Positions 54,121 to 64,000 of a DNA stretch of 64,000 nucleotides are shown one piece after another; positions within the stretch are counted from its first letter, which is position 1; each line of letters begins with the position of its first letter. This DNA comes from Trichinella spiralis (Eukaryota): the NCBI RefSeq assembly GCF_000181795.1, contig NW_003526943.1:7926672-7990671 (forward strand), written 5' to 3'. Below the pieces are notes generated by a model that saw only the letters and a list, made by a program, of their open reading frames with translations, was not told the DNA's origin and ran no database searches. The position numbers and the translations under genes are program-made.

Positions 54121-57100
54121 ATTAAAATCAGTTGTCTCGTAACAAATGCATGTCACTTTTTATTAGAAGTTTTTTCCCCATTACAGTGCTCAATGAAAAT
54201 TGTTGCATTACAATTTGTGAAGAACAACACCATGTTGTGCAAATTTAAATGACTAAAATGTTTTTAAGAAACTAGCTTCATTTATAACATATAAAATTAC
54301 CGCTTTATTTCAGAAAAACGCTACTTATTTGCAAATTATCCTTGCCATGTTGAACAACGACAGACATTAAATTTTTTTTAAGTTATGCAAAGCAAAAAGA
54401 TTTTTATGAGCAGTTGCCAGAAGAAGTTTCATACTCGTGTTGATCCATGAATTTTTGGAATGGGTATGAAAAACGAGGCTGTCTTTTGTTGAAAATTCAA
54501 GCTATGCTAAATATACAAATAAGCAGCAGATGGATGTTGTTTTCAAGATTCTTGTCAAATTCAAAGTTAACAATTAACATTCCAATAATGATAAGCGTGC
54601 ACTTTTGTGCTGAAAAACGGATAACTTGAAACTCAGAATATGTCAGTAATCAAAATAATGCTGTAAAATAAAACTTAGGTCAACCTTTCTTTACAAAGTT
54701 AAGTGAACAATTTCCCATTCAAATTGCATTTCGTTTCTAAATAATATGTAAATGCGCAGATTTTCAAAACATTTTGAATTATTTGATTATATAGATCCTC
54801 AGTATAGGTAATAGCTGCATATTTGCTGATGTGCGTGAGTATTGCATTTCAAATGAAAAAAATACACAGTTTCATATAAGAAACAGTGCGTTTCATATAC
54901 GAAAGATACATATTTTAAACTGTAACTACAGGTAATGTTCCTCATTGCGTTTGCAAAAATAGTCTGCTTAAATCTATGTATCTATTTATATGCGTATTTT
55001 CATGCATTTTGTTTCATTCAAATTTCTCAAATAGCGCTCATGTAATAAGCGATTTCTTCCAAAATGCTGAAAATTTTATAAAAATCCAATATGTTTTAAG
55101 AATTTTAGTTGATAACTTATATAAATTTTGTAATGTTGATCAGCTGACTTGAATGTGATCTTTATTTTTTTCAGTGCATGCATATGCAAGTATGTGCAAT
55201 TGAAAACTATAAAGTAGCTTGATAATTGAAAATTGTTTCTTTTATTTTGCATAAACTATTCAGATTTTTGAAAGAATAAAAAAATTTTTTCTTAAGAAGA
55301 TATAATTTTGAGAAAACAAGTCCATTAATGTGCATGATAAAATTTGGCCCCTCCCATGAAGGCAGTCCTGGGTGCGCCATTGCCGCAGTCTATTTTGGGC
55401 TTATGTGGAACAACGTCGACAATCAGTAGATAATTCATTTATTTCAGTTTTCTTCTATTTATTTCTTTTGCCAAGTAAAACGGTCAAAATTTTTGAAAAG
55501 CTCGCCACCGTACGCTGACACGGTCATTGGTCCAAACAGTCAACAGTGGGTGGGGTCTCAAGATGAATGGCTTTCTCATACATTAAAAGAGCCCATTTTT
55601 GATGTAATCAAAGTGTTGTGGTGCACTGAGTTTTCTAGTACACTATATATACATCTCTTCTTGATTTATCATTTTCAAGGTAAACATAAATTTTTTATTA
55701 ATATTCCTTTAATTTATTGGTCTCAAATGTTGTGGCTCATATGTATTGTCAGCATTTCAAGAAAATAAATACTTTACAGTTTAATTAGATTACGTGCAGA
55801 AGCAAAATATTTTCAATTATGATTTTAAAATATATAAATTTTACATTTTGTTGCAAGCTGCAATCTAAGCTGCAAAAATATTTGTTGATACTTTGCAATA
55901 TTGCATTAGCAAATTTAATTAATGGATATACTGTTTTTGTAATAATCAATTATGGGATATTAGAATATTGAAATTTGGTAAAGCTAGAAGCTAATAAACT
56001 TCAATATGTGCAAGTATCATTGATTTGTGCAACATGCTGAAGAAGCCATGAAATATTTGTGACGTATAATGTTCATTCATATTGCTAATATGGTTTCGGA
56101 ATGTTGTATGTAAATGTTAAGGGAAGTGTTATTTAGTATTTTGCTATCAGTTGCTATGTTGTTAAAATAGTGCAAGGCTATAGCTGTAGCAGCTGTTTGG
56201 GCAAAATTAGGCTTAATGATAAATTATAATTTAATTTATCGTGTGAATAAATCTGTGCATGCAATCAGTTAAATGCTGTAATACATATTAATTGAAAAAC
56301 TGAAAATTGTGAAAAAAGCACGTTCTGTTTATCTAAATTATGCTCTAAAAAAGAAATGTAGCTTATTATGAATAAATAATTTGCTTATTATTTTATAATA
56401 TCTAATTACTTATGCTATCCCTGTTTGACTTTGTTAATTTGTTTTTGATCTTATTCATTCTTATTTCAGTTCCTGTATTTCTCTGAAATACATAATTAGT
56501 TTATATATTTTTTCAAGTTCAAATTTGCCCCGAAATATTTATCCTTCAAATACATTTCATTTCATTTTTTCTGTAAAAAGTCTTTTCATGCTGTTTCGCC
56601 TTTAACGGTGATTATTTATATTTGAAAATAAATAAATCTAAGAAATCTGAAACCGCTTGCATCTCAGTTGGCAGTGTGCACTTGCAGCTTTTCAAAGCGT
56701 GAAGCTCAGTTTACTTTTCGCATAGTAAACAAGCATATTCACAGTTCATCATAGGTAAACCGTCTTGAAATAAATGTTTACCTCACTGACATTCTGCAGT
56801 TATTTCGTATACAAAAGAATCTTATTTATAATCTGCTTAAGAAACAGCAATTTTTATTATGCATAGCTTAAGGTAAGAAAGCCCTTTTTGAAAAGAAAAT
56901 TTACATAACCTACCAACTTTGAAACTGAAAAGAATTAATCTCTGATTAATCTTTACCTTTCGATGTAATTTCAGAAATTCACTTTTGTAGCATTCCCTTT
57001 AAATAGTTCAGTTTTCATTGAAAAGTATTTGAATAAATATTTCTAATGCTAAATTCAGTGTTTAGCAATTGTTTTGTCTTGTACAAGTAATCTGAACAGC

Positions 57101-60100
57101 TAATTTAAGCAGTCAAATTTGGTATCTTGTACTTTGTATTTTGTAATGAGATGTTTGTAGTAATAAATTTGATTATTTAAAATGTGTGTGAATGACAAGC
57201 TATACAATAATTTTGTGTATTTCATAATTTGGTGTTTTTATCAGGGCCGTTTTATTAAATTTGTCATTAGTGATTGCATTGAGTGAACAGGCAACAGAAT
57301 TTGAGCATTATATTTCATTGGAATATTAAAGCTGAACTTCTAAAAAGGCATGGCTCAAATTTACAATTTGCATGACTTATTTGATAATTGGTAAAATGGA
57401 TACTATAAAATGTACGGATTCATTAGTTAAAAATGAACAGTGAGACATTTTTAATAATGAAAATGATGCTAACCAACATCTCAACTATTAAACAACATCG
57501 ACATCTTTTGCGTCATTGAGAAAAATAGCTTTTTTTATTAATTAAACTTTCTTGAAGAACTTGTCCAGAGAAAAGCTGTAATTCTGCATTTTGTCTTAAT
57601 TAAGAATTACTGGAAAGGGATCAAGAAAAGACCAATAATTTCAAGTAAAAAAGGTGCATTTTCATCTTAATTTTAGCATTTCTTTTTCCAATTAACTTTT
57701 TCTGAATCCCTGTTCTACTGTTTTATTCATTTTCATATTACATTGATATATTCACATTAATATTAATTGTCATATATTAAAAGTATCACTTACTAATTTA
57801 TATTCCTGCGGTGCTAATTATGCTTAACAATAAAGAAAAATTAATAACAAATTTCTCTTTTAGTACATAATTATGAATATGCGCCTTTTTATGCATACAA
57901 AGAATTTATTTGATTTCGTTCTTGACTCGCAGAGTTATGCTATTTTCCACAACTTTATAGAATAGCCATCAGTTGTCATTTGTTTTGTTTTGATATTTAT
58001 TTAGTTGCCATCGGAAAATTCGTTATGGAAAAACTAAGAGAGCATACCACTCACATTTTTCAGTCTAATTTAAAATACATTACATTCTTTTTAGACGTGA
58101 CTAATGCAACGCATTATTGCATATTGACACATAATGTAGCGTGCTTCAGCAGAAATGTCATTCAACAAATTCCCACAAATTACTTCTTTAAATTATTTTT
58201 TATAAATTATTTATTTTCACGAAAAAAAATTTATGAAATTCTTTCTATTCAATTTATTTTATCAGTACAATGAGCAATTGGTTTTTTTAATTTTCTAAAT
58301 TTCATTTTCAAATTTCACATTAAATTTGACTCATCAATTATTAATGTGGTTTCCTTTCTATTATTTATATTTTAAATTATTATTTAAATTATGATAATTA
58401 ACTTTTTATTATTATAAAAGTAACAAGGGATGAATAGCAACGCTTTATATGAGAGATGCAGTTGTGCCAGATACAGTTATTTTTACATTTGTAATTAATG
58501 ATATAGGATGGACTGTTCATTTTATAAGAATTAAATGTATAGTCTAAGGGTTCTGTGGAAAATGCTGAGTGACAGAAAAGTGTTCAAGTCCAAAACTTTT
58601 ATAAAAGAAATTACAGAAACATAATGAAAACATCGTTTCAAATATATAAGTATATAAATGTAGAGAAATGTTTAGGCAGATTCTGTCTACTAGTTAAACG
58701 TAAATAAATGCAATGTCAGTTTAATCTTTAAAAAAGCCTCAATTTAGCATGCTTTATTTGAATGTGCATATTTTCTTAAAGTGGTACATTTAAATAATTA
58801 AAAAGCCGAACTCAAAATATAAAGGATTTCTTGAAGTTGATTGCAATTGAAAATGCCTTGAATTTTGGAAAGATGCCATCTATTTTCTTTATTAGCTAAT
58901 TTTTTTACTCCTAATAACTGTTATATTTATGTATAATATTGAAAATTCAATTAAATAATTTAAATTATGGACCCATGCCAAAAAGAAATTCATCATTAAA
59001 GACAAAAAATTTGTCAATACATCGGTGTTTTCAGAGAGAGCATCAAAGAATTTTAAAAATGCATCCTCTTTACCCAGTACATGATTTTCAAGCTCTGTTG
59101 CAACTATTGAGCATAGTAATTTACGTATATTATTGTTCATAATTCAGCTTTTATTGGTAAATCATCAACATACTTGCAAAAGGTATCTTACATATTTTGG
59201 TCATTTGAAAAAGTACAATTCGTTGAATTCCTAGAAATTAATTTTAATCAAATAGGCCGCACATAATATCAGAAAAGTCACATCGGAAATGAGAAAATGC
59301 AAAAATTTTATTCATAATCTCATGGCGTCACTGATTTGTGGTATAATTTTAATCACTCCATATTTTAAATGAACTAAAATTTTGAATATATTTCCTGTAA
59401 ATACAATAAATCATATTTGAAAGGCAAAAGTTTCAGTATATGAAAAGTGGAATTTTTTTGATAAATAAAATAATTCCATTTATAATACAATTAATTATAT
59501 TCTTACTTTAAAATGACAATACAGAATTTCTATTTTTGATTTTTGAAAAACAGTTCTATTCTGAATACAAAACAAAGCTGTATATTCATGAAGAAAAATT
59601 TTGGTAATAAAAGTCAGAAATTTATATTATATCAAATAAAGCTTATGCGAAATGTCGCATAATGCAGGTTTCAGTGGTGCAACTTTGATTTAAGCGTGCT
59701 AATTTAATATTGTTTTATTCATGTTTATTTATATTTATTTAAAATTTCTCTTTTTTGCACAGATATTTTTTAATATTAATTGTAAACAAATTCAGTGGAA
59801 TGTGCAGATGTTTTATTGTGTTAGAAACGATTTTTGCGCAATGCTAGCAAAGACGAATTAAATTGGATTGCGGTTGAATCGTGACATTCATTTATTTTGA
59901 AAGACAGACTACGCAACAAAAGCTTACATACTGCGACCAATGCAATTAGCGGTAAGCTTTTTGCAAGTAGGCGAACAAGCAGCCTAAATCTTAACAATTT
60001 GATTAACGAAATGAAATCGACAGTTGCGACTACGCCCACGTGTATGTGCGCGCATTCTGGTAACTTATTCACGCAATTATATACAGCTTTGCATTTTCTG

Positions 60101-60639
60101 CAGCTGCCTCTTTGCCATGTTTTCCGTTACTGCATTTACTCAGTTACACCAATAGGTTGGTTAGACTTTATTTCAAAAATGGATGCTAAGTTGATTGCCT
60201 GTCAGATGACTGACGGGTAGCGGCGATTAAAGCGAATGGATGATGAGCTCTTGCTTCCGTGTGCTGGTAATATTCCAGGCTTGCAACTGCGAACATGTAA
60301 ACGTGCCTGGCTATGTCGATATAGCGTTATTTTCACGCGGTTGTGTTATTATCTTTGCTCCATAATTTTTGTTTATTTGCATATATATATATACATATGT
60401 ATGTGTGTGTGTGTCTGTATGTGTATGCGCGCTTATTTTTCACTTTGTAGCTTAAAAGTCAATCAGAGTTCGAGAGTGGTCGCCGCGCACGGAGCAGGCG
60501 TGCGAATCAAGCAGCAACACCACGGCTAGTGAAACTGAGCACCTCGGTTCGCAGCAATACAGTATCACGGTGCTGCATTACCTGCGTATCTCTAATCAGA
60601 TTTGCAAAGCCAACGGAACAGAGTCGTGCCGTGCGCACC

Positions 60640-61562
60640 ATGCCCACCATGATCAGCTGCTTCATCTGGCTGCTGATTTTGAGTCGGCTTGGCGTTGCAA
60701 CGCTGTCGCTTCGCAAAGTAAGCCAAGCTTTGCTATCTGCATACAATGCTCTGCTGAAAGCAAGCGGCTGTTTATCACAGATGAGTTGTTTGTATTTTTC
60801 TTTTTCAGTTGAGCAGCTTACATCCAAAGCCGACTTGTGAACCACACGAGCCATGTCGAATTGGATTTCTTGGTATGGAATTCTGCACCTGTCCCGGCGA
60901 CCGTAAATGTCCCCACTCAAGCGAAAGTTCCTTATTTTATCAAGATGTTGAATATCACGTATGTTTTCAGCAATTCAACTTACGAAAACTGAGAAATTAT
61001 CATTTTGTTGTACATAATAATATTTTATATTTTATAAAGTAATATGTTTCATAAATTCTTCACTTTTATTTAATGCAATGCAAAAAAGCAATGAATATAA
61101 TTTCAATGTTATTCTGTTCTGATGATCAGTTTTGCGATGAGGCCAAATTTCACATTTGCGAAGAAGGAGAAGTGGCTTGGGTGAAAAAGGGTCTTCACCA
61201 GATTGTCAACTGCATCTGCCCGGAGCCGTTCGTGCTGCATGGCGAGCTGTGGAATCCAGCTGAAGACATGTCGCAGTACAAATGCTTGCCGGTACTGTTT
61301 TGAGAATTGGCAAATTCGCCGCTGAGCCAATATTCATGTGCTTGCTGTTTTGAAGATAATTCCTTTGCAGAAGAAGTACTGCTACAACAACGACACGTGT
61401 ATGATCCGCAACCGGGTGTTCATTGGCGAGAAGACGATCAGCCTCGTCAAAGGATTCTGCACTTGCCCCGACGGGATGGGGTGTGTCGAGACAGGCGAGA
61501 TGATCAAAAATCGGCTAATCGAACTCGAGCAGGACATTTTCAAGTGCAGACAAGTCGCCTGA
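60640..61562 (+). CDS. Secreted Argos-like cysteine-rich protein (193 aa), copy 2
   Basis: Exons 60640-60717, 60809-60958, 61130-61291 and 61371-61562. The protein is identical to copy 1; one synonymous GTA/GTG change was seen. Confidence 0.85.
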
Positions 61563-63742
61563 ACGCTTCCCCAACACTTACCCAAGAGTCATCATCTACA
61601 AGCCATCCCCACCGCACCGCTGCCCCACTGCTGACCAGTGGTCGACGCTGTCGCGGATCAAAGTGTGTGCGTTTAGCGAAATCAAAAGAAAAATAACACT
61701 TATTTAACGCATAATTTTATTCATATTCATATATTCATTTCTTTATTTTACCGCATTACTTGTAATACACATAAGAAAGGACTACCGTTGTCCTCGTTGT
61801 ACTATTGTTCGTTCGTCGTTTGTTCTTCTGCCTATCTGTATTCTACGCTTTCACAATTATTATCCGCCCCCCCCCCGTTTTATTTTCTTTTATTTATTTA
61901 TGCCTTTATTTACTTATTTATTCCAAAAATTTTTTTCTTTTGATATCAATTGAAGCCAAACAATTTTGTCTAGTCGTTTTTCATGGTTGTGCTTTGTGTG
62001 ACAGAATTCTTTATTCCTTTCTTTCATATACAAAATTTTTTAAATTATTATCTATGGCACAATATGGCCATGTCAAAAATGCAAATCATCATAAATGATG
62101 TGATTTTCAACTGACCGTTGTGTCCAATCATCTTCTGCACAACATCAGCAGTTGCATTTCATTTCATTCATTATACAACAACAAACCACGCATGCATACA
62201 ACACAATTGCAATCTTTCAATTAAATAAAACTGAAGATTTTAACAGCAACAACAACAGAAATTATTTTAACAAAAAAATATTTTCATATTACACGCGTAA
62301 TATAATTATTAATTCACAGTAATGTCAAAATATTCTTTTCTAAATTTTCGACCCCTTTTTAAAATTGTTTTTGCTAATAATGAAGATTATTCGTTATAAA
62401 CTGTTCTACTATAAAAACGGCAAAGTTCAATCGCAAAATTTACCTCTGCAAACAGCTTCGATCAAACGGTATCACATGAGAAGGGTGCATGTTCCAGAAC
62501 AATACGTATTAAAGTTATGTAAAAAAATTATCACAACATCTCTGCCTTTAATCTCACTTCTGAATGATGAACATGCGTGTGCGTGTCTGTAATTTCATAC
62601 TCTTTGAAGGCATGAATTAATCCTTTATAGGAAAATTCTATTTTTAACAGAATCTTATCAAGGAATGGGATTTGAAAGAAAAAAAAATTTTTTTAATATA
62701 ACATGCAAAAGTTATTTACAAAAAAATACAAAAACTCTGTGCTTGCAGTGTGCAAGTGCATCAAGTCGTAGCAGTTGCTCTTGCTCAATTTGCAGTCGAA
62801 AACAAATAATTTCATAAAGTTCATTATGCAAATGATGCATGCAGCAACAAGTTCACTTCCTTTCAGAGTATTATTATTGCAGAAAAAAAGTGAATAAATT
62901 TTGCCGAAGCAATTGTTTATGACTGTATGAAAATTTTGCACTTTGTTCACATATAGCGATTAGTGAACAAATAATTTCAAATTGAACTAACTATTGATTA
63001 TAATTATTATTAATTGAAACAAATAAACGCATCGACAACTGAAAGGCAACATTTGATATTTATTTATTTGTTGGTCTAACTTATAAATTAAATTCATCAA
63101 ACTCGCCATCCTCTTCTATGTCACTGTATTACATTTGATCACTAAAAAGTTAATAAAAACCAAACAACAAGTACGATAAATATTCAGTTTACTGTTGCTA
63201 TTGTTTTACACACTTTGAAATTTGCCACTACTTTCGTTTCAAGATAAAAAAGTTAAATTTTTATTGAACAAAACATATATATATATAGAGAGAGACTTTA
63301 TTAAAATTAAATCATTCTGAACATTGCATTCTGACGTGAAACTTTCGATTACTCATTTGTGGATTTGTTTGCATGCATCCATTTGAACTGCTGCCCATCA
63401 ACATTGTTGAAAATAAATAATTAAATCAACTTTCATTTTGCTAGTTGACAATCACACGGATACACATACAAGCATAAAAGCACAGGCACATAAAAACATA
63501 CCAGAATATATTTGAAATTCAACGTTAGAGATTGAACAGAAAACAAAAAATCAAAATCAAAATGCATCTAGCCATACTATTCACCAGTAAATGTCGACAG
63601 CTGTTACGGAAAGATCCGCAGACAACTAATTAAGCACGCGTGCCTTCATACCTCCAATTATCCCATTACTATGATCCATTCATTGTACGTGAAAACAACT
63701 CTTTTCTAATCAAAAAATATAATTTGAGAAATTACAATCATT

Positions 63743-63915
63743 TTAATATTTGAAACGGTTGTCCCGGGCATAGCCAAGCTTGTCCAAATTCGGCTGACAT
63801 GCCGTTTCGATCATTGCATCCGGTCCACACATGAGCACCAGAAGATCGGCGGACGGTTGGGGAAAAATTTCTTTAATAATTTCACTGTTGATGAAACCAA
63901 TGCTGTATGCCCATA
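63743..63915 (-). CDS. CYB5R: Last coding exon of a second NADH-cytochrome b5 reductase copy (remainder outside window)
   Basis: Matches exon 13953-14125, with a synonymous TGC/TGT difference. Confidence 0.85.
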
Positions 63916-64000
63916 CTAAACAGAATTTTGTCCGCTTATTGGATTTTTAGTAACAAAAGCAAATCTATGAAGATATTAATTACACATAGAGAGATATAAT

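Larger units (their letters stand above)
60484..64000 (+). repeat. Direct repeat copy 2 (matches 10657-14210; continues beyond window end)
   Basis: Near-identical to copy 1 up to the last base of the window. Confidence 0.97.

Noticed and set aside
55340..55385. GC-rich patch GGCCCCTCCC...CCTGGGTGCGCCATTG resembling a transposon end
   Set aside because: No partner inverted end or target duplication was found in the window.
58892..59142. Overlapping 82-aa and 67-aa ORFs in the gene-poor region
   Set aside because: No motifs, splice context or compositional support.

Overview
Eukaryotic, AT-rich, intron-dense DNA. It is most consistent with a clade I nematode (Trichinella-like), inferred from the nematode cuticle collagen, very short GT-AG introns and operon-like gene spacing. 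It is a draft scaffold with four N gaps (7207-7864, 9615-9624, 10004-10656, 39719-39728). Genes reconstructed by splicing: VPS53, protein-only RNase P (PRORP, 5'-truncated at a gap), NADH-cytochrome b5 reductase, importin-7, an unknown disordered protein, malic enzyme, HMG-CoA synthase, an intronless KH-domain gene plus an inverted partial paralog, an Sts/UBASH3-type histidine-phosphatase gene with a catalytic His->Asn change, a cuticle collagen, the 3' end of a condensin CAP-G-like gene, a TUT1-like terminal nucleotidyltransferase and NOC2L. The most striking find is not visible in the ORF track: a 4-exon, 193-aa secreted protein with the 6-4-6 cysteine pattern and local motifs of insect Argos, an EGF-ligand decoy. 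It is present in two near-identical copies 49.8 kb apart, within a >=3.5-kb direct repeat that may be a haplotype overlap or contig mis-ordering. Transposon relics are also present: a pogo/Tc1-type MITE, a MULE transposase fragment and a very decayed Gypsy RT. All family assignments come from recalled motifs, not from database searches.
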